Program-made: the position numbers and the translations under genes
In this document: positions 26,120 through 39,691 of the stretch, one piece after another
How the letters are laid out: each line of letters begins with the position of its first letter
Position numbering within the stretch: position 1 is the stretch's first letter
Source: Felis catus
Lineage: Eukaryota
Direction: 5' to 3'
Length of the DNA stretch: 64,000 bases
Assembly (NCBI RefSeq): GCF_018350175.1
Contig: NC_058383.1
Coordinates: 22,942,001 to 23,006,000, forward strand
Notes under the pieces: model-generated
Databases searched by the model: none
The model's input: the letters and a program-made list of their open reading frames with translations, nothing else
What the model was told of the DNA's origin: nothing

Positions 26120-26815
26120 CTGAAAAATGAAACCCAGGGATTCTCTTTAATCTCCTTGCACATGGATGCCAGAGAGCTCCCTCCCTACGCATCCCTCATC
26201 CAGAGGGTCAGCTTCCCACAGCCTTGGCAGACGGCATTAATGTGCCCCTCGTGACACAGTGGACTGGTCCAGGGCTGGCCTGACTTCAAAGGGACCAGGG
26301 TAGGGCAGTTATTTAGAATTCAGGTGAACTGAGATGGGGTGAACGGGGTGAGCTGGGGCTGTGGCTGGGGATGGACCCTTTCCAATCGCGTGAGTGGAGG
26401 ACATTGAAATGGATGCCGAGAAACAGAGAAACACAGTCCCCAACTTTTCTGTTTTCGGGTCCCATCCTTCCATGTTTTGAGGTCTTTGGGGATCGGAAGC
26501 TACCGCAATATCCACAAAGCTTATAGCATAAAAGCTCATGGCAAAGGCTCCGAAGGCAGGCTGCTTCAGCTCAAATCCCACGTTTGCCATGTCCCAGCTG
26601 TGTGTATAAGGCATGCTTGCTTGTGTAAGGGAAGTTCCTTAACTTCTCTGATGTTCTGGGTTCTTCACTGTTGAGATAAGTAAAACAATACCTACTTCAT
26701 GAGGTTGTTGTGAGCAGGAAATGAATGGATGGCTATATGTAAAGTGTTTGCACATGGTAGCCTCTCACTAAATATTATCCAGGAGCGTCTTTCCAATGAG
26801 CTGAGCTGAACTTAA

Positions 26816-26880
26816 CTTTCCTTTCCTTTCCTTTCCTTTCCTTTCCTTTCCTTTCCTTTCCTTTCCTTTCCTTTCCTTTC
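26816..26880. repeat. Perfect (CTTTC)13 pentanucleotide microsatellite in intron 7
   Basis: Read directly from the sequence. Confidence 0.95.
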
Positions 26881-27817
26881 CCTGTCTTACATTCAGTTTG
26901 ACTGCATTTCTACTATAAGCAGACATTCTCCAACTAAAAGTCTCTTTCCACTTAGCGTCCTTACCACCTCTAAGCTCAGCTCTGATGTAAGCTAGAGGAC
27001 CCGGTACTCAGGAGCACCTGGTCTTTTTATTCTACTGGATTGATTTTCATGAACTCTGAGCATCCCAGTAGGAGAGGAACTACAGACTTCCAGAATGTAA
27101 GAAGGCAGAACAGATGATCGCACTAGAGGGTTGAAAACTCAAATGCTCATGGGAGCTGCTGATACGAGTAATACACTAGAGGCTGGTGGGGACCATGGGG
27201 AATGAAACACATGCCTTCTTTAACGGGGCCACTCCACCCACTGTTTACATTTCAGGAATATGGGCCCAAAGTGGCCAGATCTTGTTTTTCAAGAGAAGCT
27301 GGAAATCTGGGTTTTCTTATGAAATTCCCTGGCTTCTAAACACCGTCCAGGCTGGAAAAACTAGGTGTGCAGCCTGGAAGGGGCCTGGGGGCTGCCATTT
27401 AGGAGCCCCTGATCCAATCCAACCTCCCCTTGTGATTGCTGAGGATGGCATCACTTGTGCAAGGGCATCAGCGAGTGAAGGGCATGAGTGGGCCCATAGG
27501 CTAGGCTCCTGACTCCTCAGCCAGTGCCTCTCCCAGACTGTTTCTCTCCTGCCCCTCACTTGCCAAGGCCTATTTAGGAAGCAGGCCTGTCTCATCTGTA
27601 CATTGTGTTCCAGGCAAACCTCAAGCAATCAGTTCAGCTCTGGTTACAGATGGATTGAAGAGGACTAGAACCAGCTGGCATCGTTTGTTCTTGAGATCTT
27701 TGGATGAACCCCAGGAATTATCACTACAGTTCCTGGTCTGAGACACACCCAGTTATATATAACTGTCTCCTATGTCCAGGCCACAGCCCGGGGCTGAGCG
27801 GCCTCTCCTGCCCGTAC

Positions 27818-27916
27818 CTGGAGGGAGTATGCAGCATTGTAGATATTACTGATCGGCACGTCACTCCCGTCCTCTGTGCACTGGCTGTAGGGTTCACTCA
27901 GCTTGAAGGACTCCGT
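27818..27916 (-). CDS. SCNN1G: SCNN1G exon 7, 99 nt
   Basis: TACAG acceptor and GTACGG donor. Translates TESFKLSEPYSQCTEDGSDVPISNIYNAAYSLQ (read by hand; not in the ORF track). Confidence 0.96.
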
Positions 27917-29778
27917 CTGTAATCACAACAGCACACATTCAGCCCTACCCTGCCCCAGGACCCAGACAGGCTGAGCGTGCATGTAGTCATTCATTTAGTA
28001 AATATTTATTAAGCACCCACTAGGTGCCTGGTGCTTTTCTAGGCACTGTGGGCTCAACAATGATAAAAGTAGACACACTCCCTGCTCTTATGGAGCTTAG
28101 TTCCTAGTGGGGTAGGTAGATGGTCAAAAGGAATAAATGCATAACTTTGGATAATTGTGGCTAGTGATCAGTGAAACTGGGAAGGGAGATTGGAGGGCTT
28201 GGGGAGAAAGGGTACAGTGTTTCCAGGAGTGATTGGGGAAGATGTCTTTGAGAAAGGGACCTGTTGGCTCAACAAGGAATGGCAAGAAAGAGCTGGATTT
28301 GCTACGAAGTGGGAGACGGGGTTACGGCAGAAGAAGCAGCGAAGGCTGAGGGGGGACAGGGCCAGGGTGGCTGGAATGTAGCACAAGAAAGGTGAAACCA
28401 GAGAAAGGCCAAGGCCAAATCATGGCAGCCTCCTATGCCATGCTGGGAAATCTGGATTTGGTTTTCAAAATGGTAGTAAGCCAATGGAGAATCCAGGGAG
28501 TGGGCAGGAGGAGCAGGGCAAAAAAAAAAAAAAAAAAAAAAAAAAAAGACAAGCAGTGACTGTGTGCTACATGGGATTCTCCTCCCAGTGAAAGACCCAT
28601 TTCCTACCCTCTTGTCTTATGGTCCCAGAAGTTGACTTGAAAAAATTGAGTTTCTTAGAGAGGACCAAGGAATGCCCAAGAGAGTAGAATGATACCATGG
28701 TCCAAGGAGGTAAGAGAAATGTGACTCACAGCTCAAATACCTTATTAAATTATGTTTTCTTGTGGTATACTAAGTTTGGCTCTAGCTTAATATTTGTCAC
28801 TGCAAATAAACAATCCAGACAAACCAATTAAAAAACAAAAAAAGGATAATGTCTCTCCCAAGGGGGAATGATAATTAAATATAAATTGTGACCAGCTTAT
28901 AGCCAGGTTCCTTGTCTGTCTGTCTGTTTGTTTTCTGGGAGTGGGAGAAAAGGGGAAATGGATGGCAGATTTGTGAGAGGGTAAAAGAAATCTTTTTTCT
29001 TTTAAGAGTGGCCAGACAGAAAGATAACTGGGGGGTGGAGGGGGGAAGAATCAAGAAGTTTGACACAGGTAGAAAACACAGACATTGCAAGTGGCTGTCA
29101 TCTCTTTGTTTGTATTGTAATCCATCTGCTTGCTGACCATTACTCTCCCTCAATTAGCTCCAGGTACCTCAAGGGCAATTAACAGTACGCATTTTAAAAC
29201 ATTTAAACAACAGAAGCAAAGGGGAAAGTAACAGGCTGGTCTCCTCTCTTCCCTAGGAGAGGAGCAGAGCTAATCTCAGATATACAGACAGGCGGACAGG
29301 CAGACATGCACTCACACGTTCCCTTTGCCCTGCAATCTCCCCTTCTCACTAACAATAAAGTGTGGGCCTCTTTCTGTGTCAGTACAGAATAAACAGACGT
29401 ACTTCATTCCTCCAAATAGCTGGGTGGCTAACAGATCCAGAGCCTCTAGAACATGCCAGGGCTGGCTGGGCCCTGGGGTACAGAGATGCTGACAGTGGCT
29501 TCCCTTGAGGGCAGCTTAAGTCCATGCCAACCCCCTGAGCTTCTGGAAGTAGCAGACTTCCTGGGCAGATGTTTCTTCAAGCCCCTGGGTCATGCTGAGC
29601 TGTCCACAGAGCCCAGCGTGGCAGCTATAGGCTCTACCTGCCTGGGGAGTTGGGGGGGGGGGTTGAGTACAAGACCCCGGCATGTAGGTGACAGGATCTG
29701 TCTACTTGAGTAAGCTATGAGCAGCTGGCAAAAGTGGCTGGGGCTCACATTAAAAAAATTTTTTTTAAATAAGTAAAA

Positions 29779-30000
29779 GGGCACCCGGGTGGCTCAGTTG
29801 GTTGAGCATCTGACATGGTATCAGGTCATGATCTCACCACTCCGGAGTTCGAGCCGGGCTCTATGCTGACAGGTCAGCACGGAGACTGGAGCCTGCTTCA
29901 GATTCTGTGTCTCCCTCCCCGCCACCCCCCCCCCACCACCACTTATGCTCTTTCTCTCTCTCAAAAGTAAATAAACATTAAAAAAATAAAAAATAATAAA
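29779..30000 (+). mobile_element. CAN-SINE in intron 6 (antisense to the gene)
   Basis: SINE head and A tail. Confidence 0.85.
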
Positions 30001-31419
30001 AGTGGATGGGGCTCCTTTTACTTTGAGGACCAGCCCATGGGTCACTTCCAGAAAGCTGATTGAGAGAAATTGTCTTTTGAGTTTTCATGCTTTTGAGTCC
30101 TCAGAGTCCTTGTACTCTGTAATGATGCTTATTGAACTCAGAGCCCCTGGGTTATTTAGATTGCTTCCTAAAGCAACAGGGGGGTGGGGGAGTAGGGAGG
30201 TAGGGCAGATGGGGCCAGCACTCCAGTGCTCACTCTTTTGCTCTCTTGCTCTCTTGCTCTCCCTCCCTCTCCCTCCCTCCCTTTCTCTCTCCCCTCCACC
30301 ATCAGCTTTTCAGAACTGATCTGTCCCTAACCTCTAGAGACACAAAAATGAGAATGGGTAGATATGTATGTGAATGCAAGCTTTGTGTATACAAGTGTGA
30401 GTAGGCACACATGTCAGTGCATACATGTATACAGGTCGAGATGTGTGTATTGCGTGCATGCATGGGTATATGTAGGCGTGATTAAGTGTATGTGAGTATA
30501 TGTGTGGGCAACAGGGCCCTTTTTTATCAAACCAGATCTTATCTACTTCCTTCATAGAAGCCTGGGGGGGGGGGTGGGCATCTTCAGAGGAGTCCTCAGC
30601 TCACCTCTTTAAAGGTATGAACTGTGCCGCAGAATAGCCCAGGTGGCAGTATGATACCCTAGATGGAATTAAGGGTGGTTTAACTTTCTTTTTGCTTTTG
30701 TTCTGTTTTTACACTGTAATATATTCTAAAATTTATTTGTGTATTGCAAAGTTTATACTTTTAATCAATTGAGAAAAAATAATTACTCAATATATGAAGT
30801 TAGGACTACTGTTATCTCTTTGGAGGAAGCAGTGAATTCTATCTCTACTTTACATCCTGCAGAAAAAACATTCTAGTGGGTTAAAGTATCAAATGAAATA
30901 ATAAAATAACTAGAAGGTAACTCAGTATTTGATCTCAGAGAGGGAAAATCCTCAATAAACATAATGGCTAAAGAAGAAAACAAAGATTTTGAATATCTAA
31001 ACATTTGATGTGTTTGCATATGAAACAGTAGATAAAGAAAACTAAAAGGCAAGCACAAACCAGGAAAGATATTTCCAACACAAGTGGCAAATAACTACTA
31101 CTCTTTCTATATAGATGGAAGAGATCAACATCTCATAAAGGAGGAAAGTGTCACTAAAGACAAGAAAAAACTTTCTAACTTCTCTTTTTGCTCCAAACTT
31201 ATTTTCCCTTCACTTCATATCTCTTTTCTTAAAAAAAAAAAAGTACAGTAATAGCTGACATTTTTAGAGCACTTCTTACATACGAAGCACTGTTTCAAGT
31301 GTTTCACATGAATCAACTTGCTGAATTCTCACCGGCCTATAAAGTAACAGTATTATTATCATCCCCATTTCACAGATGAGGTAACTGAGACATGGAGATT
31401 ATGCAACCAAAGTGCAAAG

Positions 31420-31580
31420 TGGGGGTAGGGGCAGAGAGAGAGGGAGAGATTGAGAATCCCAAACAGCCTCCAAAATGTCAGTCCAGAGTCTGATGCAGGG
31501 CTTAAAGTCACAAACCGTGAGATCATGACCTGAGCTGAAATCAAGAGTCAGACGCTTACCTGACTGAGCCACCCAGGCTC
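31420..31580 (-). mobile_element. Tail-less CAN-SINE next to a MIR in intron 6
   Basis: SINE body in reverse complement. Confidence 0.8.
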
Positions 31581-32712
31581 CTAGCAAAGCCTGGCACTTA
31601 ATCCCTGTTACACATATGCTTGTGAAAAGAAATGTGCATGTGTTTTAAGATAAAAATGCACAGTAGGGTTTGCAATGACAGTGAAGTCTCCCCTCTCTCC
31701 AGGACCTGGCTCCACACCACCCCGGGTGAGTTGTCTACCCTTGCCCACTTCCTCATCTCCCATTCATGATCCAGCTCATTGTGCTCTGGTTTCTGTTCCA
31801 CTCCTTCCGCTGAAAGCTGCTCTGGCAAAGAATGCCCGTGATCTCTTGGTTGCCAAACCCAGAGAGCACCTTTTGCCCTTTATCTTGATTGACCTCTCAA
31901 CTGTATTTGGTGCTTTGGCTCACACGTTCCTTGAAACTCTCTTCTTTGATTTATCTGACACCAGTTCTTTCTGGCTTCTGTTCCTCATTCTCTGCCTCTA
32001 TTTCTCCAGTTTTGTTCTGCTCAGCCCTTAAACATTTACATTTTGTTAGGTCTTGGTGATGGCATTTATTTCCCAGGATGGAATTATGCTAGATGCCCAC
32101 CCCACCCCTCACCTCAGTTTTTCTCCTGAGTTCCAGGCTCATAGCATCTGTGGACATTTTCACCTTGATTTCCCAGAGGCACAGCCAAACTGAAGTGGTC
32201 ATCTTCCCCACAAGCTTATCCCTCTTGTATTCCCTAATTCTGAGCCTGGCACCTCCAACCACCCCACTGCCTAAGCCAAAACCTAAATATCAATCTAACT
32301 TTCCCCTGTCCTTTCCTCACTGACCTTGGTTGTCAAGCCCTGTTGCTTCCATGGTTTAGTATCTCAAATCTATTCACTTATGCTCATCCCCACAGCCATT
32401 GCTTCAGCTAAGGTCCTCATCATTTCTTTTTGGAATTATTGTAAATGTGCTGCTTCCGGTATCTTGATTACTTCATCTCGATTACACTTTAGCCAAAGAG
32501 ACTTCTCAAAAAGTTTCACTACTCAGCTTAAAATCCTTCCTGTGATCCCTTTGCAATTGCTTTGCCTTTTGTTTGGGCTAGCCCTTCCAGAAACTATTTC
32601 CCTGACATTTGTCCTTCAAGAATCCATCAGCTAGGAAGCTTTAACCAACAGCTGCTGTCTGGGCTCCCATTCATCTGTACATCCATCCATACATACATCT
32701 ATCCACCCAACA

Positions 32713-32935
32713 TTTTTTTTAAATTTTTTAAATCTTTATTTATTTTTGAGAGAGAGAGAGAGGGAGAGAGTGAGCAGGGGAGGGGCAGACAGAGAGGGAG
32801 ACACAGAATCCGAAGCAGGCTCCAGGCTCTGAGCTCTCAACATAGAGCCCGATGTGGAGCTTGAACCAATGAACCGTGAGATCACGACCTGAGCCAAAGT
32901 CGGACGCTTAACCGCCTGAGCCACCCAGGTGCCCC
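32713..32935 (-). mobile_element. CAN-SINE in intron 6
   Basis: SINE signature with ACCCAACATT on both flanks. Confidence 0.88.
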
Positions 32936-33496
32936 TCTACCCAACATTATTTACCGAGTATCTATGTTCTAAGAACTGGGTCTGGTAACAAGACAGAGAA
33001 TGTCTCTGTTCCTATGGAGCTGGGAACTGTATTGCAGAGCTGTGTTGTCTTAAAGGTAAGATATTTTGAAGGTAGATACTCTGTTGTATTCACTTCTGAA
33101 TTTCCAGTACTTTGGACACACAGCCCTTCAATGAATGGAGGAAAAATTTTTAACCAACTGCCTAACCAACTGACTGAGTCTACCAGCTTAACATGCCTAT
33201 CCAACAAAATAAACAAACAAATAAGAAAGGAAGGAAGTCTAGTTTGTTTGGACTTATTCTTAGTGACCCCCTGCTGACCTCTTAATAATCCCTAAGATCA
33301 CTTTTTGTTGTTCCAAATGCTCATAAATCAGCAAGAGAGCTGGCTGACCTTGCTCTGTGGCTTTGATTTTATACATCTCAAATTAGGTGTAGCAGAAAAC
33401 CCACCCATGTCTTTGTTTACCCACCATTCTTAAAGAAAACATTTGTTTAACAAGGTGATGGGTATTTCTAAGCTCAGAGAAGAAAATCAGAGGGCA

Positions 33497-33766
33497 GGGG
33501 TGCCTGGTGGCTCAGTTGGTTAAGCGTCCAACTCTTGATTTCAGCTCAGGTCATGGTTTATGAGTTCAAGCCCTGTATGGTTTGTGAGTTCAAGCCTCTT
33601 ATCAGGCTCTGCACTGACAGTGTGGAGCCCACTTGGGATTCTGTCTCCCTCCCTCTCTCTCTACCCCTCCCCTGCTTGTGCTCTCTTTCTCTCAAAATAC
33701 ATAAATAAACTTAAAAAAGAATATATATATATATATATATATATTTATATGTTACTATATATGTAA
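33497..33766 (+). mobile_element. CAN-SINE with (TA)n tail in intron 6, TSD AGAAAATCAGAGGGCAG
   Basis: Direct repeats at 33481-33497 and 33767-33783. Confidence 0.88.
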
Positions 33767-35692
33767 AGAAAATCAGAGGGCAGAATTCCTTAGTTCTTGT
33801 ACTTTTTCAAGCTCTCAATCCTCTCCTCCAAGTCTGCAGACACTGTGAGGGGCAGAAGGGAAGAAGGGGGCAAAAGGATAGTTAATAAACATGTGTTAAT
33901 GGATAGGATGTACTGCAAATCCCAAGTCCTTATTCAGGATGCAGATAAGCATGGGAAATATTAGATGAAAATGTCGACTATTCTGATTAGGGGGTTTTGC
34001 AATCCCAGTAAATAGAGGAATCAATGACCCAGACCCTTAAGGGATACCCTAAAGTCTTTTCAAGCCACAGTGTCATAGATTGCGCTCAAGATTATTTGGA
34101 GTGTAGGGGAGAGACAATCAGTATTCACACAGTCTGAATTGGTACTCAACACTTCTCATGTTGAAACAAACTTCTCACATTGGAACAAAGCCCCTAAACA
34201 ACATGGCTCCTGAGAGCACTCAGGTTCCAGGAAACCATCCTGATGGTTTTTTGTTTTTTGTTTTTTTTTCCCCCAGGATTGTCCCTTTGATGGGACACTG
34301 AAGCCACAGATTTCATCTGGAATATCACCATGCCAGTTCATAATCTCAGCTGTCTCAGCTTAAATATTGCTTTCTCAAGAAATCACCCCTGGAACTCCCC
34401 ATTTCCCTCATTAAAAAAAAGCTTTAGGTCAGCCATCTCCCTGATATGTTCTCATGCATCCTGCATTTCTCCTTGTTAGTACTGATGATTACAATTAATC
34501 ACTTTTCCAATTTTTTTCTGTTATTGGTCCTCTTTGCTGGACTCTAAGCTCTAACAGGATAGCGACCATGTCTTCCACTCTGATGTGGTGTCTGTGTCCA
34601 GCACATAATGGCATGCAGAAAATAGCCTGCTGAATGGACAAGTAATGGATGGATATACAAGCCCCAGTGCTCACTATGTCACTTTATAACCCAGGACAAA
34701 GCCATCATTTATGGCTGTGCTAAAGCTTTTGTCATTCTAGCTTCACTCTCGCTTAGGAAGACACACTTCGCTTCTCCTCTCATGTTGAACTACTCAACTT
34801 TCTAAAGCTGAGGTTCCTGAGTTTGCTGCCTCTTGGAATAATCACTGGAGTTTGGTAAACACACAGATCTTGGGCTCATCTCCCAGAGATTCTGAATCAG
34901 TGGATCTGAGTCTGTTGATCAGTCAGGTTTGGAAACCACGGCTCTGGAGGACAGGTTTACGAGGAATGGAGACAAAAGGTGGAGAGTTTACTGGCATAAC
35001 AAGACCCCAGCCCTGCAAACAAGAAAACTGCATAAGTAGTGGAGTGGCTGCAGGCATTGGCGCACACTCCTTGCCTTGCCCTTCTGCTCCCATTGGGCAT
35101 GGTTGACTTGGGCATTGGAGTCTGCAGCCCAGATGTGTTTCTGTTGACAGGTATGAGTGTTCTTGGCAGCCAGTGAGGTCAGAGAGTGTCAAAGACTTGA
35201 GGAAGAAGGGGGTTCTTGGTAAATAAAGTGAAATTGATGGCTAAATATTGGCTAAATAGAGCTTTGATGGCCCAGTGACTTCCCATTAGTCCTTAAGGAG
35301 TGGTTTACATGCCTCATAGACCTTTAAGTGGCCCAGAAAGAAAGGTGTTAATCTGCTCTATTTATATTAGTGACAAACATAGTTAGTGTCTGATGCTTTG
35401 CTTCCAACACAGTTCTTGTAAACAAATGCTAGTGTCTGTTTTTGCAATAAGGAAGGTTCCTTCAACTTTTTCCGAAAATGGCATCCTGTGTCCTTTTTCA
35501 TCAATATAGAAGATACAAAGATAGTATTAACTACTGGAATGATCTTTGCAGGAACCGTTAGAAAATCAAGACTTTGCTTTCTCTTGAAACCAACATGCTG
35601 TTCCACAAGCCGCACCTTATTGGTTTTCTTTGGGGAAAAAAAAAAAGTCTGTTCTCCTCGACTCCCCTATAGAAATCAGAATGTTCTCTTAC

Positions 35693-35856
35693 CAGATGCA
35701 TGCCTATGGAGGTGGCCATTGCCGTCTCGATCTCTGTTCCTATGTCCTCAATGAAGGGGTATTCATCCTGCCGATGCACAATCACCTTAGCCCCAGTGGA
35801 GGACACCAGGAAGGGATTGTACTCCTCTTCGTTGATGTACAAGATCACCTGCAGCC
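35693..35856 (-). CDS. SCNN1G: SCNN1G exon 6, 164 nt
   Basis: CTCAG acceptor and GTAAGA donor. Translates LQVILYINEEEYNPFLVSSTGAKVIVHRQDEYPFIEDIGTEIETAMATSIGMHL. Confidence 0.97.
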
Positions 35857-36512
35857 CTGAGAGGAGAAGAGGCTGCTGTGGTCAAAGGCTAGTTCAACAT
35901 TACCTGGTGGTAGCCTACCTCTCCCGCTGCTTTGGGAGTCTCAAAACCAAAATGCAGGTATTTCCAACAAAGTGAAAGGTGTACAGGGCTAGACTGGAAG
36001 CTTCGTGGAGAAGAGAGGTGGGGGTGGTGGTGCCTGACTTGCTCACTGCTGTGTCCCCCAAAAACAGTGTCACTGCCGCAGTTCTGCTGAGCAATAAAGG
36101 AACTACTCCTGGGTCCAAAAACATGCATCTCGACATGGTCCTTTGAGATGAGGGGTTTGGCAGAGCACCCAAACGGACATGTAGTGCTGTGGCTGCTTAA
36201 GCCCTTAGAGAAAAGCACTAATGGTGTCTGATCCCTGGCCTAACTCCTTTCCATACTTCACCTCCTACCCCGGCAGGCAATTCTGTACCCAGCAGCCAGA
36301 GGGATCTTTTAAAATTGTAAATCAGATCTCTCCCTTGCCCGAAACCCTTCAGTGGCATCTCACTGGATACACAGGAAATGCCATAGAATAAAATCTGTAA
36401 ACTTGACTGTGGTTGTCATGTCTATGATGATGCAGCCCTGCCTGTGTTTCCCTCTTCAGCCCCCTCTCTGCTCTCTCAAGAAGCTCCAGGTACACTGGAC
36501 TTCTTTCTGTTT

Positions 36513-36744
36513 CTTTTTTTTTTTTTTTTTAATTTTTTTTTCAACATTTATTTATTTTTGGGACAGAGAGAGACACAGCATGAACGGGGGAGGGGCAGAG
36601 AGAGAGGGAGACACAGATACGGAAACAGGCTCCAGGCTCTGAGCCATCAGCCCAGAGCCTGATGCGGGGCTCGAACTCCCGGACCGCGAGATCGTGACCT
36701 GGCTGAAGTCAGACGCTTAACCGACTGCGCCACCCAGGCGCCCC
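36513..36744 (-). mobile_element. Young SINEC_Fc-like SINE in intron 5, TSD TGGACTTCTTTCTGTTT
   Basis: CpG-rich copy with a perfect TSD. Confidence 0.92.
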
Positions 36745-37661
36745 ATGGACTTCTTTCTGTTTCTAGAGCACATCAAATTCATTTCCTTCGCAGGGTTTTT
36801 GTACTTGATAGCGCCCGAATGCTCTTCTGTGGACCTTAATATGGTAAGGGTCTTCTCACCCCTAACTAACTCTTCCCATGGATGCCTTTCTGGCCCCTTA
36901 TTTGAAATAAAACCCCCATCCTGACCCCAGCACCCTCTTACCCTTCACTACTTTATTTTCCTTATAGTCCTCATTAGGATTTATAATCAGATAATGTCCA
37001 TGCACTTGTTCATTCATTTATTGTGTGTCTCTCCCCACTATCATTCAAGCTCCCTGGAAGCAGAGAGGGCATCTGTTCACCCTAGTGTCTCTGACACGTG
37101 GAGGAGAACGTGGCATACAGCAGGCACTCAATAAATGTTCGGTGAAAGAGCAAATGAGCTCGTGGCCTGTATGGATTGACGGAAGAAAACTTGGAGAGTT
37201 CATTCTGACTTCTTCCATTTGTAAATAAAGGAATGGAAGCCCAGAGCAGGCAAGGATTTGCTCAAGGTCACACAGCACATGCGCAGCAGAGCCTGGACTC
37301 TGCAGCTCTTTGCTCCCAGGTCCCAGACTCCTTCTTTCCACTGAAGTACGTGCCCTGGATTATGGTTTCTTGCAGACTTGGTAAGAGTACAGACTACACA
37401 GTAGCAAAGGCTGGGAGTCCATATGAGGTTCTCCTGCCTTTCTTTGTGGGAGCATATTTGTATATCAACTCATGTTCAGTTCGCTTAGGACTTTGCCAGG
37501 CCCATCTGTTTCCTGCCTTCACTACAAAAGTCACTGTAGTAAGTAAGAGCAGTGGTAATAGTACCGGAGGTCATAACGGTTCTATTGGTGGTGGTGGGAG
37601 TAGTAATGGTACCAATAGTAGTAATGATAACACGCAACCAGCAGTTATTGTGTGTTTCATG

Positions 37662-38070
37662 TGTGTTAAAGGCTGAATTGTATTCCCTTTCTAATCCATA
37701 TGTCGAAATCCTACCCCATAATGTGACAGTAATGGAGATAGGGCCTTTAGAGAGCTAATAAAGGTTAAATGAGGTCATAAGGAGGGCCCCGATCCCATAA
37801 GGCTGGTGTCCTTACAAGAGGAGGAGATACCAGACCTCCCTGTATCTCTCTCTCTCCTTTTCTCTCTCTCTGCCACAGAGAAAAGGTCAGGTGAGGACAC
37901 AGCAGGAAGGCAGCCGTCTGCAAGCCAGGGAGAGAGATCCCACCAGAAACCAAGTTCACAGCATCTTGACCCTGGGTCCCTCGCCTCCAGAAGGGAAACT
38001 AAATAAACATCTGTTATTTAGGCTACTCAGTCCGTGATATCTTGTTATGTAGCCCAAGCAGACTAATACA
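37662..38070 (+). mobile_element. MaLR (MLT1A/MST-like) LTR in intron 5
   Basis: ggctgaattgtattccc...aaggttaaatgaggtcataagg...gcagactaataca. Confidence 0.7.
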
Positions 38071-38606
38071 CCATGTGCCAGGACTTACTCTAAGCACTTT
38101 ACATATATGAGGTCCTCTCAACAACCCCAAAGCAGAGACATTATCATGATTTCCACTGTGTAGATGAAGTGCAATAACTTGGACAGGGTCACACAGTCAG
38201 TGGCAGAGCTGTGGGTTTTGGCTGCAGAACGTGTTATCTTAACCAAGATAAAGGTATGTTTGCCTCCCTAATCTCCTGTTTGGCACATCTGGGTTTAAGT
38301 CCATCTGAAGTCTGCCTGCCCCACATTACTCATTCCCTAGCTGCAGGCTTGAGCCAGAGTGGTTTGCCAGGAGGAGAAACCCCAGTGACGTCACTGTTGC
38401 TCTCTCAAAAGTAGAGGAGACATCAAAAGGGAAAACAGACACCAAAAAAAGGAGCCAACATGGATGCTTGATAGAAACAGCACAGCCAAAGGGGAAGTGA
38501 TGTCCCTGGTTTCTGGCCAGGTGGAGAGATCCCATATTTCTGGAAGGCTCGGGCACTCCAACTGCCCTCCTGCCAGGATGCTCACTGTTGGTGCGGATTT
38601 CCTTAC

Positions 38607-38710
38607 CGTATTCACTGCCCCCCATAGAGGTGCTGAGGATAGTCTCATTTTCTCTGTTGTTGAACGTGTAGCAATTCCCATACATTGGATGGTGGAAAAG
38701 CGTGAAGTTT
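38607..38710 (-). CDS. SCNN1G: SCNN1G exon 5, 104 nt
   Basis: TATAG acceptor and GTAAGG donor. Translates NFTLFHHPMYGNCYTFNNRENETILSTSMGGSEY. Confidence 0.97.
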
Positions 38711-39691
38711 CTATAAGGAAGAACACGGGTCAGAAAGAGCTTTGGTGGGAGCTCCCCTCATGCATCTGAGCTAAAGGCTGGATGGGAAGGGTTTACAGGG
38801 CCAACTTTCTTTTGTGGACAACAGATAATAGACATGACTTACTTTCTCCACTTTCTGTCTAATAAACCACAAGCAAAGCCCCTCACCCCGGCTGCCACAC
38901 GTTAATGTAGGACTACTCTCTGCTCTGTTCCCCCATCTTAATCCTCCCAGCTCTGTCTCCATCCCAGTGTGACTCTCGTTGTGCCCTATGTCTGCCCCAA
39001 ATTCCTCTACTCATGAATTTCTCAGCCAACACTTGACATTTTTCCATTCCAACACCAGGAAATGATCCCAGGAGAAGGAACCACATCACGTGTGTCCTTA
39101 CACTGACTTTAGAACCTAACGCTTAGGCAGATATGATTCCAATCACTCAGTTTCATAAAGATCAATGTATCTACTAACATATAGAAAGGCTTAGTGTTTA
39201 AAAAGGATGAAGTAAGGCTTTCAGATAGGCAGGAACACTCTAGAATGTCCCATCACTGCTCAGTCACCACCAGGGATCTGAGTGTTATCTTAAAGGCAGA
39301 AAAGTTTGAGAGCTCACCCATCTATACATAGACCTTTCTTTCTCTTTCTTTCCTACCTCTTTTTCCTTCGTTTCTTCCTCTGTGCTTGATCAGTGGTTCT
39401 CAATTGTTGGTGTGCATGATGGTAGCATGCAAGGTTATACGTATACCATCAACCCCTCTGTTTTTATGAGTAACTTAATGAGTTCAAAGATACTTTGACT
39501 CTATGCCATCTCTATCTTCCTCAGTGACTCCAGAGCCTAGATCCCATGTAAGCTGTTTTCTAAAGGGCAGGGTCAGCGAGAGGAGCATCTTTCACTCCCA
39601 AGCCCCACAGCTGAGCTGCAGGTGCAGGCAAGGGACTCAGAGCTCAGAGCCACCAGTCCTCAGAGCTAAGAGGGCAGCCTCCTCTCCTGAC

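Noticed and set aside
28520..28547. Orphan ~28-nt poly(A) run in intron 6
   Set aside because: No TSD or attached element. Most simply a mononucleotide expansion.
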